This document shows, in pieces, positions 30,563 to 40,036 of a stretch of DNA of 64,000 nucleotides (its first letter is position 1; each line of letters opens with the position of its first letter). The notes beneath the pieces were generated by a model. That model did no database searches and was not told the DNA's origin. It was given only the letters and a program-made list of their open reading frames with translations. This DNA comes from Thermoproteota archaeon (GTDB lineage: Archaea > Asgardarchaeota > Njordarchaeia > Njordarchaeales > Panguiarchaeaceae). The DNA lies in assembly GCA_024720975.1 (NCBI GenBank), contig JANJXX010000001.1, positions 159,408 to 223,407 of the forward strand. Direction: 5' to 3'. The translations under genes were made by a program, and so were the position numbers.

Positions 30563-31795
30563 GTGGCGGAACTCAAGCCTGCAATTCTTGGAGGAGAACC
30601 CGTCACAAAAAGAAAGATACCATTCACCCAAATCGTGCTCACGGATGATGAAAGCCAGGCTATTAGTGATGTTCTCAAAACAAAAATTTTCGTTTGTGGA
30701 GATTATACAGAGCTTCTTGAGAGAGAATTTGCTAGGTATGTTGGAACGAAGCATGCTATAGCCGTTAGTAATGGAACTGATGGACTTTTTCTATCTTTTC
30801 TTGCCTTGGATATAACTTTCGGATCAAGAGTTGTAACCACACCACTGACTTTTGTAGCTTCGGCTTCAACTATACTGCACACGGGTGCTGTGCCTGTATT
30901 TGTTGATGTTCTTCCCGACGGAAATCTAGATCCACGCAAGGTCTCTGAAGTAGACAATTTTAATGCCATTTGTTTAGTCCACCTCTATGGACTGCCAGTT
31001 GATTTTGATGACTTTCAAAGAATTTCTGTTGAAAGAGGCATTCCAATAATAGAAGATGCCTCTCATGCACACGGGGCAGAATATAATGGACGTAAGGTAG
31101 GAAGTCTTGGAGACATTGCTGTATTCAGCTTGTATCCTTCTAAAATTATTGCTGCTGGCGGTTGGGGCGGAATAATAACCACAAACGCCGATGAACTTAA
31201 TGAGAAGCTTAGGTTGTTACGCGCACACGGTGAGCTAAGGGTTCTTGCTGGGGAGAAGGGAGCTTATGAGTACATTAGATTAGGTTATAATCTACGAATG
31301 TCTGAAATTGAAGCTGCTGTAGCATATTTCCAGCTACGTAAGTTGGACAAATTCGTTGAAGCCCGGAGGAGACTTGCTAGTTACTTAACAGAACTGCTAT
31401 CGGATGTACCAGGTATAAAGCTCCCGAAGGAGCCTCCAGGGAAAAAGCATGCATTCTATATATATGCCATACAGATTGATCCTAGTGAGATCGGTTGGAC
31501 ACGCGATGCATTTGTCGATGCATTAAATGCTGAGGGAATATCCGCGCGTGCTGGCTATCATACGCCCCTTCATAAAACGAAGCTATTCCAAAACATAAAT
31601 GATCCAAGGATAAATCACTTTGCCCGCGTTGTAAGGTATCCCGACTACGCCTCCTTAAGTCTTCCACTGGCTGAGAGCTTGGCAAGAACCACTGTCTGGC
31701 TACCTATGTATCCAACGTTAAGTCTTGACGAAGTTGAACAAATAGCTAGAGCCGTAAAGAAACTTGTTGATTGGGGGATAAAGCATAAGACCTAA
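30563..31795 (+). CDS. DegT/DnrJ/EryC1/StrS PLP-dependent sugar aminotransferase
   Basis: AVSNGTDGL, VHLYG, IEDASHAHGA, FSLYPSK (PLP Lys), GYNLRMSE. Confidence 0.92.
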   Translation: MAELKPAILGGEPVTKRKIPFTQIVLTDDESQAISDVLKTKIFVCGDYTELLEREFARYVGTKHAIAVSNGTDGLFLSFLALDITFGSRVVTTPLTFVASASTILHTGAVPVFVDVLPDGNLDPRKVSEVDNFNAICLVHLYGLPVDFDDFQRISVERGIPIIEDASHAHGAEYNGRKVGSLGDIAVFSLYPSKIIAAGGWGGIITTNADELNEKLRLLRAHGELRVLAGEKGAYEYIRLGYNLRMSEIEAAVAYFQLRKLDKFVEARRRLASYLTELLSDVPGIKLPKEPPGKKHAFYIYAIQIDPSEIGWTRDAFVDALNAEGISARAGYHTPLHKTKLFQNINDPRINHFARVVRYPDYASLSLPLAESLARTTVWLPMYPTLSLDEVEQIARAVKKLVDWGIKHKT

Positions 31796-33819
31796 TCTAT
31801 TGACTTTCCAGGTTCCCACCTAACTTTCTTTATAGCTGCTATATTGTACTTTTTGATTATGTAGTCTGCTAATTCTTTGACAAGTTTCAGTCCACCTCTT
31901 TTAGCAGCCATGGATTCCTCTATGGTGTTTTCTGATACTATCTCATATACCCACGCAACCTTAGTCTTCTGGGGATCTAACCTTAAGACACGTCCAATGC
32001 GTTGGATAAACTCTCTTTCCTGCTTAGAACCTCCAGCAATTATAGCTACCGAGGCTTCACCTACATCTACGCCTTCCTCGGCTTTGCGGATAATTACTAA
32101 TGCTTGTAATAGGCACGATTTAAACTTCTCTATTATCTTTTCTTCCTCACTTTTCGAAGCCTCAGCTGTAAGTGCTGCCGCTGGGACTATCTTGTTAACT
32201 TCTTTTGCTATGCTCTTGGCAAATTTTATGGTTGGTGCAAATATGAATATCTTCTCGTCCTTATGCTTTTTTACAATTTCCTTTATCACTTCAATTTTGG
32301 CCGGGTTTTCCTGCGCTATTGCTATCATTCTGTTGACAAGAAGCTTACGTTTAATGTCATCGAGTTTTCCTTGGATCTCCCCTTCAACACTTCGATATTC
32401 CAGCATTTTTTCGAGGGGAAGCGGAACATAAATTAGCCTATAGACCATTGGAGCCACGAGTCCACGCCTAACTAACTCTGGATATGATACTGAATGTACT
32501 ATTTTACCAGCAAGCTTGAAGAGGAGGATCTCATTTTTATCCCTTCTCTTTGGAGTAGCTGAGAGAGCCATCTTGTATGGTGCTCGCATGTTCATTGCTA
32601 CTTTTTTAAACGTACGAGCTGGTACGTGATGACATTCGTCGTAGATCACCAGCCAGAACCTGCCGCTTAGGCTCCCGATGTTTTTTACTCCTGACTGGTA
32701 TGTTGCAACCGTTATATCTTTTATACTCTTCTCACCCCATCCTAACACTCCTATTTGATATTTTGGGATGCCAGTAAATTCAGCTATGCGCTCTCTCCAT
32801 TGTTCAAGAAGCCACACATTTGGGACAAATACTATAGTTGGAACTTTTAGGCGTGCGATAGCCGCAATGCCGACGATAGTTTTTCCGCCTCCCGTTGGTA
32901 GAACAATCGTACCCCTGCAGCCGTTTTCTATCCACTTTGCAAGGGCTTGTAGTTGATGAGGATATAGCTGAAAGTTCTCTTGCAAATTATCTAGTTTCTT
33001 ATCAGGCAGTTGGTAATCTACATTAATATCAACATTATACTTCCTAGCAACGTCCTCTACGAATCCTGCGGTGAATGGTGGTAAGTATATGTCTATGTAT
33101 TCGAACCTCTCAAAAAGTTTAAATGCTTCAGCTATGCGCTCTTCATGGCCACCTTCAGCAACTTCCACGAAGTAGTGTATAGTGCCAAGCTCCTTAAGAT
33201 CCTCCACAAGTTCACTTGGTATTGATTTCGGTACTCTAACTAGGATCCTGTTATTTTTCGTCACTTTCACGATAATCGTGGGCTTAGAGGGTTTCGGTTT
33301 AACCTCAAGTATGGCTTCTTTGAGTGCCGGGGGAAGTTTGTTTACTTCGCCTGAATTCACAACTTCAAGAATTTTTTTAGAATTCATTGCGAGGTATTTT
33401 ACAGTGATCTCTCCTATGTCATCAATGTGTACTTTCTTCTCTACTAATCTGATGGGTAAAATGCTCTTGTTCACTTGCTTAGATACTTCATATGAATCTA
33501 AATCTATTAGCAATGTATAGATTACACCATTCTCATCATCTACTATGTGTTTTGGCACTTTTTCAATAAGCTTTTCGATAATCTCCATGATCTTATAAGC
33601 GTATTGATTATCCGTGGTCATTAACTCTTTGTTTATGAATTCCAAAAATTCGCTTAGTCTGCTGAATATACGCCATGATACAATCCAAGTTCTTTGTTCG
33701 GGGTCCCATTTAGCTACCTTTTTCATATGCTCTGCGAGTTCCTTGATTTTACTCCATGGAAACTCCTTTGATGATTCTATTATTACATTTCCTATTTTCA
33801 CGCGCTGTTTCATATTCAT
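31792..33819 (-). CDS. XPB/Rad25-like SF2 DEAH helicase with long N-terminal extension
   Basis: LYPHQ, PTGGGKT, DECHH, LSATPKRRD, EGVDV, QRIGRVLR. Confidence 0.88.
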   Translation of the reverse strand: MNMKQRVKIGNVIIESSKEFPWSKIKELAEHMKKVAKWDPEQRTWIVSWRIFSRLSEFLEFINKELMTTDNQYAYKIMEIIEKLIEKVPKHIVDDENGVIYTLLIDLDSYEVSKQVNKSILPIRLVEKKVHIDDIGEITVKYLAMNSKKILEVVNSGEVNKLPPALKEAILEVKPKPSKPTIIVKVTKNNRILVRVPKSIPSELVEDLKELGTIHYFVEVAEGGHEERIAEAFKLFERFEYIDIYLPPFTAGFVEDVARKYNVDINVDYQLPDKKLDNLQENFQLYPHQLQALAKWIENGCRGTIVLPTGGGKTIVGIAAIARLKVPTIVFVPNVWLLEQWRERIAEFTGIPKYQIGVLGWGEKSIKDITVATYQSGVKNIGSLSGRFWLVIYDECHHVPARTFKKVAMNMRAPYKMALSATPKRRDKNEILLFKLAGKIVHSVSYPELVRRGLVAPMVYRLIYVPLPLEKMLEYRSVEGEIQGKLDDIKRKLLVNRMIAIAQENPAKIEVIKEIVKKHKDEKIFIFAPTIKFAKSIAKEVNKIVPAAALTAEASKSEEEKIIEKFKSCLLQALVIIRKAEEGVDVGEASVAIIAGGSKQEREFIQRIGRVLRLDPQKTKVAWVYEIVSENTIEESMAAKRGGLKLVKELADYIIKKYNIAAIKKVRWEPGKSID

Positions 33820-33908
33820 AGTTTTTTCTCCTATTAGATAAAGATTCCAAGCAGTAGTTAAACAAAGATATTAAAAGTGCATAAGGCATACCAATGATGC
33901 ACTGGATA

Positions 33909-35534
33909 CTACATTGTTACAGCGGGCGAGAGGCTAGAATACTTCTTTATGAATGCATATTTTATTTTATCCTCTACGTCGGTAAGCATTTGCAAGATTT
34001 TTCTCCTGAGAGTCTCAACACTTAAATTAGCTCTTTCCATAGCACTCTTTCTGATAAGAACTCTGAATACTGCTAGATCAGATATTCGCGCCCCGGAAAT
34101 TGCCCAGGCATTGGCTTCGCGGATACCTACAATCCTCTGTTTATCAACTTCCACTATTGGAAAAACGTTATGAGGCAAGTAAGGATTCAAAGGAAAGAAT
34201 TTTATTGGTGGAGAGTCTATTATGAGATCTTCCGAGGTTATTCCAAGACTATTTGCCATCTCTTCTCTAAACTTATTAACTATGCTGTCAAAATCTTCAA
34301 CACAAGCTATGCTTTTAGCCTCCGTTGGGTCAAGCGTTATTTCTAGGGAGAAGACTTCCCTTAGGTCAGGTCGACGGTAAAGAACGCGACTAGCAAGCTC
34401 AACTAGCTTTGGTTCTCTGCTTTCGAGAGCTTTGAACAGCAAGTAATTGTCATCTAATTTGGCTAGATGTTTCCGCGCTTCTTCTTCACCTCGAACCAAG
34501 CTAGTGATTATTTCCTCAAAGTCTATTATTCCGTATTCATACATACCTCGAATGAGATCCTTAACAGCGTAGTCCATAAGTCTTGAAAATTTGTGAAAGT
34601 ATACATTATTGAACAACCACACTCGAGAGTACAGGAAAGCCCTTAAGGCTCCTATAGCTTTCTTCTGAAGTCCTAGTACAATCCTCGATGAACCTGGGAC
34701 TATTCTTTCAAGAATTAGTGAAAATAGAAATAATCTATCAGCATCAATTTTACCATACTCCATAGCTCCGGTGAAGTATGAGTCCCTCAGACAAAAGTCG
34801 ACAATATCGGCTGGGTATAAAAATTCTCTCACAACGCTTCTCAGGGCAACATGTATTCTCTTTTTAGGTGCAGCGAATTTTTCACGTGGAAGCATTATCG
34901 CGTCAACTGTCTCGAGAAGTATATCTATATCCATGTACTTTTCATAGTTTTCCTTCTTTGCGAAGCTTCTTATGTCCTCACGAAGGTAATTCTTGTATAC
35001 GTAGTATCCAATGTCTTCATGTGAGTATATGCCGACACTTTTAACTTTCTTGCTATTGGCTATAATAGCCTCATCAAACGCGTGAGAAAAAGGCATGTGA
35101 CCAATGTCGTGTAGAAGTCCACCAATCCTGGTTGCAATCAAAACAGATAGTAGCGCAGAGGTTCCGTCTATTCCTAGATCCTCGAAGAATGGGACTCTGA
35201 ATATGACCTCCTCAGGAGCTCCTAGGACTTCTTGATTCTGAAGTGAATACGTTGATCGCAATAGAGCAAGGATAAATCTACCTGCTAGATGCATTACACC
35301 TATCGAGTGTAGAAATCTTGTGTGAGTCGCACCGGGGTATACAGTGTATGCTACTTGCAATTGATGAATTCTGCGTAGTCTCTGGAAAATGTCGCTATCG
35401 ACTATGAACTCTTCTAATCTCGTGAATGGTATGTAAGCATGAACTGGATCACGAATATATTTATGGATGAGCCTTGGCGGTAATCCGTGATCCTGAAGCT
35501 CAAGAATTTTTAAATCTTCTGCCATCGTCACCAC
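33909..35534 (-). CDS. HD-domain phosphohydrolase, SAMHD1/dNTP triphosphohydrolase-like
   Basis: RDPVH, FQRLRRIHQL, YPGATHTRFLHSIG, LLHDIGHMPFSH, DIVDFCLRDS, VYFHK. Confidence 0.9.
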   Translation of the reverse strand: MVTMAEDLKILELQDHGLPPRLIHKYIRDPVHAYIPFTRLEEFIVDSDIFQRLRRIHQLQVAYTVYPGATHTRFLHSIGVMHLAGRFILALLRSTYSLQNQEVLGAPEEVIFRVPFFEDLGIDGTSALLSVLIATRIGGLLHDIGHMPFSHAFDEAIIANSKKVKSVGIYSHEDIGYYVYKNYLREDIRSFAKKENYEKYMDIDILLETVDAIMLPREKFAAPKKRIHVALRSVVREFLYPADIVDFCLRDSYFTGAMEYGKIDADRLFLFSLILERIVPGSSRIVLGLQKKAIGALRAFLYSRVWLFNNVYFHKFSRLMDYAVKDLIRGMYEYGIIDFEEIITSLVRGEEEARKHLAKLDDNYLLFKALESREPKLVELASRVLYRRPDLREVFSLEITLDPTEAKSIACVEDFDSIVNKFREEMANSLGITSEDLIIDSPPIKFFPLNPYLPHNVFPIVEVDKQRIVGIREANAWAISGARISDLAVFRVLIRKSAMERANLSVETLRRKILQMLTDVEDKIKYAFIKKYSSLSPAVTM

Positions 35535-35563
35535 TTTTGTGAGCTGCTAAGTTGTGGTTACTC

Positions 35564-36415
35564 CTATTCCTCAATAATCTCAGGTTGAACTTTCTCGCTA
35601 ATTATCGTTTCTAAGTATTCTCTTGACATCAGCGCACCTTCTTTGTCCGAAACTTCAAATATCAAGGGCTTTCTTATATCCAGATCAAACAGAATACTGA
35701 TGAACTCATTCCAGTTTATTATACCTTCTCCGCAAGCCAACATGTCTTTGCCTATCTGTGGATTAACATCGCGAATGTGAAAGGAGACTATTTTCTCTTT
35801 GAACCTACTTATAACATCTCTCATAGGAAGTCTCGGAAAACCGGCTAATTGTGCAGTATCTATGACAACAGCAAGGAACTCATCGTTGTTAAAGTGATTT
35901 AAAATCTTTTCCAGAAGCGTTGGATGTCCTAGGTCAAAGAACCCACTCCTTAGTTCCATACCTATAATTATCCCAACATCCCTTGCTAGGGTGAGTATCT
36001 GCTTAAGCGAGTCGCACAAGTTTTCAAAAGCTTTTTTCCAGAGAACCTTCGTGGGATAAAATTTGAAGCCAAGGTGGATCGTTAACCATTCAGCTGATAA
36101 AAGCTGGGCAAAATGCAGACCATTTATTATCTCATCGATAGCAAATTTCCTAATACTGTTACTAAGGCTTGCTAAGTCAATGGAGTAGTAAGGTGCATGA
36201 ACGGACAATGTTATCTTACTCTTCTGAGCAAGATCTTGAACTGCACTTATATGATCATCACTTATGTAGGCGACATGCTGAAGTCCATCTGCAATTATCT
36301 CAACATGCTCGAATTTATGTTTTGCCGCAAATTCTAAGACGTCCACTATGTTTTCATATCTTGGATTTAATATCGACGTTGAAACACCATATTTAAAAAC
36401 GAATGACAAAGACAT
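35564..36415 (-). CDS. Sugar phosphate isomerase/epimerase (xylose-isomerase-like TIM barrel)
   Basis: SVHAPY..DLAS..IR, TIHLG, GME, IDTA, HIRD, GEGIINW, IFE. Confidence 0.85.
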   Translation of the reverse strand: MSLSFVFKYGVSTSILNPRYENIVDVLEFAAKHKFEHVEIIADGLQHVAYISDDHISAVQDLAQKSKITLSVHAPYYSIDLASLSNSIRKFAIDEIINGLHFAQLLSAEWLTIHLGFKFYPTKVLWKKAFENLCDSLKQILTLARDVGIIIGMELRSGFFDLGHPTLLEKILNHFNNDEFLAVVIDTAQLAGFPRLPMRDVISRFKEKIVSFHIRDVNPQIGKDMLACGEGIINWNEFISILFDLDIRKPLIFEVSDKEGALMSREYLETIISEKVQPEIIEE

Positions 36416-36644
36416 ACTCCACACCAATAGATATGCGGACCATTAATTAAAGTTAAACTGAGGATTAACTTTGTTTTCTGCAGCAATCTAACTGGCATTT
36501 AGAAGCCACTATACTGACCAACTATTGACCATTTTTTAATTAAATTAACTTGCAAACTCTGGACTCCAAGGGTAGAGCTTATCAAGGCATGTTTATTGAG
36601 TATATGTATGACTTAATCCAGAAGCATCATTTAAGTGAAAGAAT

Positions 36645-37901
36645 ATGCTGAGCGATGACTACGCAATTTGGAGGAAATTCATCCACGGAGCTAACCTAAG
36701 GCTTGATGAGTATAAAAATCTTTGCAATGCTATCATTAACAAAAAATACTCAAGCATAATGCTTGCAATGATCATTGCCAGAATTTATTACAGACCGCTT
36801 AATGCTAATGAAATTTATAAGGTTGTACAAGCGTTTGTTGAAACAGGATCGACACTAGAGTTCCGAGGAAAGTACATTGTTGACAAACACTCGATCGGCG
36901 GAGTGCCGGGGAATAAAGTTTCGTTAATTGTTGTACCAATAGTAGCCGCCGCCGGCTTAAAGATACCAAAAACATCAACGAAATCCATCACGACTATAGG
37001 AACCGCCGAGAGAATGTCCATATTCGCGCCTGTAGACTTAACTGCTGACGAAATAATTGAGGTTGTAGAAAAGACTAATGGATGCATAGCGTCATGTGAT
37101 AAGCTAAACTTAGCCCCTGTCGATGATATATTATTGAATATCCAAAGCGAGATACAATTGAACCCTGCCTCTCTCATGATTGCTTCAATTCTAGCAAAAA
37201 AGAAAGCGATGGGAATACGATATCTAGTTCTGGATATTCCCCAGGGACGCGGAACCAAAGTTAAAACAATGAAGGAAGCTATAGCACTGGCAAACAAATT
37301 CCTGATTGTAGCTAATCGCTTGGGACTAATGCTTAGGTGCGCCATAACATACGGCGATCAACCTGTTGGACATACAGTGGGTGTGGCGCTGGAGGCTCGA
37401 GAAGCTTTAGAAACACTAGAAGGTGGCAGGCCCTCAACATCACTTATTGAGAAATCTACTGGATTGGCGGGAATACTTTTGGAAATGTCGGGGATAACTG
37501 AAAATGGACAAAATTTAGCAAGAAGTTTACTGGAGTCCGGAAAGGCACTGAAGAAGTTTAGAGAAATAATCGAATCACAAGGAGGAAATCCTAATGTAAA
37601 AGCAGATGACATTCCTGTTGGACCATATACGGCTGAGGTATATGCGCAAGTTGATGGCTACATAACTCAAATAGATAATCAGTGCATTGTAGAAATTGCA
37701 AGGAGAGCTGGTGCTCCTCATGATATAGGCGCTGGAGTTGTTATACCATACAAGGGAGGCCGATATGTGAGACGCGGCGACACTATTCTCAGAATATACT
37801 CTAGTAATGAGGCGAGACTCGACGATGCTTTACATTTTGCTGAAGAAAATGCCCCGATTATAATAGAGGGCGCACTCCGAAAAGTAGTTTCGCTCCACTA
37901 A
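36645..37901 (+). CDS. AMP phosphorylase-like (thymidine/AMP phosphorylase family), N-terminally short
   Basis: DKHSIGGVPGNK, IPKTS, LAPVDD, ASILAKKKAMG, LDIP.G.GTK, YGDQPVG, EARE, ARRAGAP.D.GAG. Confidence 0.85.
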   Translation: MLSDDYAIWRKFIHGANLRLDEYKNLCNAIINKKYSSIMLAMIIARIYYRPLNANEIYKVVQAFVETGSTLEFRGKYIVDKHSIGGVPGNKVSLIVVPIVAAAGLKIPKTSTKSITTIGTAERMSIFAPVDLTADEIIEVVEKTNGCIASCDKLNLAPVDDILLNIQSEIQLNPASLMIASILAKKKAMGIRYLVLDIPQGRGTKVKTMKEAIALANKFLIVANRLGLMLRCAITYGDQPVGHTVGVALEAREALETLEGGRPSTSLIEKSTGLAGILLEMSGITENGQNLARSLLESGKALKKFREIIESQGGNPNVKADDIPVGPYTAEVYAQVDGYITQIDNQCIVEIARRAGAPHDIGAGVVIPYKGGRYVRRGDTILRIYSSNEARLDDALHFAEENAPIIIEGALRKVVSLH

Positions 37902-38028
37902 TCGTAGACATCTAGATTTTCGATGATAATTTACAGTGACTGACGAAAATAACAAATAGATGCGCTTTCAAAGTTAGTTTACTCAAAAATGTTAGAGAAC
38001 ATGTTAGTTAAATTGCATAATCATTGAG

Positions 38029-39069
38029 CTAGCTTTCAGTACCACCGAACTCTACTTTTTCCCAGTATTCACCCCAAAGGCTGAATGGATCTACGTCTGC
38101 AAGATCCTCAGCAAAATGACAGAATACAACTCTGCCGTCAATGACATGGTACTCAGGTAGTTTTTCTCGGCAGATATCCTTGGCTACTGGACAGCGTTCA
38201 ACGAATGGACAATGGTTTATTGGGAATCTTAAGTCTGGCGGGAATCCGGGTATGGCGGCAATTTTGCCCTCCCCAATTTTTGTGTGAGATGGGACTGCGG
38301 CGATCAAGCCTTTAGTATAGGGGTGCACAGGATGCTTGTATATGCTAACAACATCCCCCTTTTCAACGGCATAACCTGCGTACATAACAACTACATTGTC
38401 TGACATTTCCGCGACGCATGCTAAATCATGCGAAACGTAAATCATAGCCATTCCATACCTCCTCTGCAATTTTTTCAGTAGATCCAAAATTTGGGCCTGT
38501 ATTGTCACATCGAGCGCTGTTGTAGGTTCGTCTGCAATGAGTAATGATGGATTTAATGCGATTGACATAGCTATGACTGCTCTTTGTTTCATTCCCCCAG
38601 AAAGTTGGTGCGGATAATCGTTCATTCGCGCGGGATCGAGACCAACTTCTAGAAACAGCTCACGTACAATTTCGTATGCTTCTTCCTTAGATATACCCTC
38701 GTGGTATATCAGAGGCTCTGCTACCTGATCACCAACTTTGAAGACTGGATTAAGTGAATTCATTGAACCCTGGAATATCATGCTTATTCCACTCCAGAGG
38801 ATCTTTCTCATGCGTACTTCAGGTACTTTTAGTAAATCTTCGCCTTTGAATATTATCTGACCCCTCTCTACATAACCATTAGAAGGGAGTAGTCTCATTA
38901 TGGCTAAGACACATGTAGACTTGCCACAACCACTTTCGCCTACAAGTCCTAGGGTTTCTCCTTCATGCACTTTTAGACTGACACCGTTGACAGCGTATAT
39001 TGTGTATGGCCCGAGCTTGTATCGCACATGTAAATCTCGTATATCTAGAATAACACCCTCTTCTGACAA
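38029..39069 (-). CDS. oppD: Oligopeptide ABC transporter ATP-binding subunit (OppD/DppD-like)
   Basis: GESGCGKS, YPHQLSGGMKQR, ADEPTTALDVTIQAQIL, HPYT, CPF..RC. TTG start 6 nt after GGTG. Confidence 0.93.
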   Translation of the reverse strand: MSEEGVILDIRDLHVRYKLGPYTIYAVNGVSLKVHEGETLGLVGESGCGKSTCVLAIMRLLPSNGYVERGQIIFKGEDLLKVPEVRMRKILWSGISMIFQGSMNSLNPVFKVGDQVAEPLIYHEGISKEEAYEIVRELFLEVGLDPARMNDYPHQLSGGMKQRAVIAMSIALNPSLLIADEPTTALDVTIQAQILDLLKKLQRRYGMAMIYVSHDLACVAEMSDNVVVMYAGYAVEKGDVVSIYKHPVHPYTKGLIAAVPSHTKIGEGKIAAIPGFPPDLRFPINHCPFVERCPVAKDICREKLPEYHVIDGRVVFCHFAEDLADVDPFSLWGEYWEKVEFGGTES

Positions 39070-39217
39070 GATGTTCACCCAGATATTAACTTCAGAGCAA
39101 ATTCCTCTTAAATTAAGTTTGAGTTACAATTTGTCATCTAAATATAGAATAAAATACAGCCGAAGGTATATATATGAAGAATGGGGTGAAACGCCATCTT
39201 TAGCATTTTTGAATACT

Positions 39218-40036
39218 CTAAAGCGCACTACTTGCTTTTAAGATTTTTCTAGCTCTTTCCAAATCGTCCTGTGAGTAACCTATTATCAACACGGTACCTA
39301 CGCTTGACTTTAATTTCTCTATAATGTCGATTGCAAAATTCAGATAACTCTTATATTGTTCGCCGTTTAGCTTGTGTGGATAGTCCCAAGGATTCATAAA
39401 CTCAGAGAAGTATAGAGCTTGTACGTATGATCGCACCAAATTAAGTTCTGCATTGAGGTCTATTCTTCGCATCCTGTATATATCATAAAAGTGAGCTATG
39501 TTGAGTGCTAAGTAGACCTTTCGCTTCAGTGCTCTTGCCAATTCAATTATGCCGGATGGAAGTGTTACAACATCAAAAGGATACGGATAATTTTCGGCTA
39601 GTACTTTTATACCTTTCGAATTTGCTTCTTCTACTATTGGATTAAGACCCTCTACAAGTGTCCTAAATGCTTTATCTCTAAACACTTTCTCAGAGAAGAA
39701 AAACATTCCCACCCGCATTATAATGCTTGAACATCCTATGCTTTCTGCCACCGTAAGCCAATTTTTGATTTCCTCAATACTCTTCTTTCTCAGATTCGGA
39801 TTTGTAGCTGCTGGATTTATGGTATATCCCTGAATCCTCAGAGAACATTCTAGGCCATAATCAAACAGAGCATTGCGTACTTTTTTTATAAAATCTTCGG
39901 AGTCCTCCTTAAAGTGCGGTGGGAACACAAATATGTTTATGTGCCTGAATCCCATTTCTGCAGCAAGTTTAATTGCTTTTGTCACGCTCTTAGGATAGAG
40001 AAATATGGAAGATACACCGAGAACTGGCATCATCAT
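39218..40036 (-). CDS. Xylose-isomerase-like TIM barrel protein, degenerate
   Basis: INPAATNPNLRKKSIE and VLAEN motifs. Several expected metal ligands are substituted (LNIAH, YFSE). Confidence 0.75.
   Translation of the reverse strand: MMMPVLGVSSIFLYPKSVTKAIKLAAEMGFRHINIFVFPPHFKEDSEDFIKKVRNALFDYGLECSLRIQGYTINPAATNPNLRKKSIEEIKNWLTVAESIGCSSIIMRVGMFFFSEKVFRDKAFRTLVEGLNPIVEEANSKGIKVLAENYPYPFDVVTLPSGIIELARALKRKVYLALNIAHFYDIYRMRRIDLNAELNLVRSYVQALYFSEFMNPWDYPHKLNGEQYKSYLNFAIDIIEKLKSSVGTVLIIGYSQDDLERARKILKASSAL

Noticed and set aside
31792-35534. Helicase plus HD hydrolase as Cas3 or an antiviral defence system
   Set aside because: Motifs match XPB/Rad25 and SAMHD1-like housekeeping families rather than Cas3, and there is no defence-island context.
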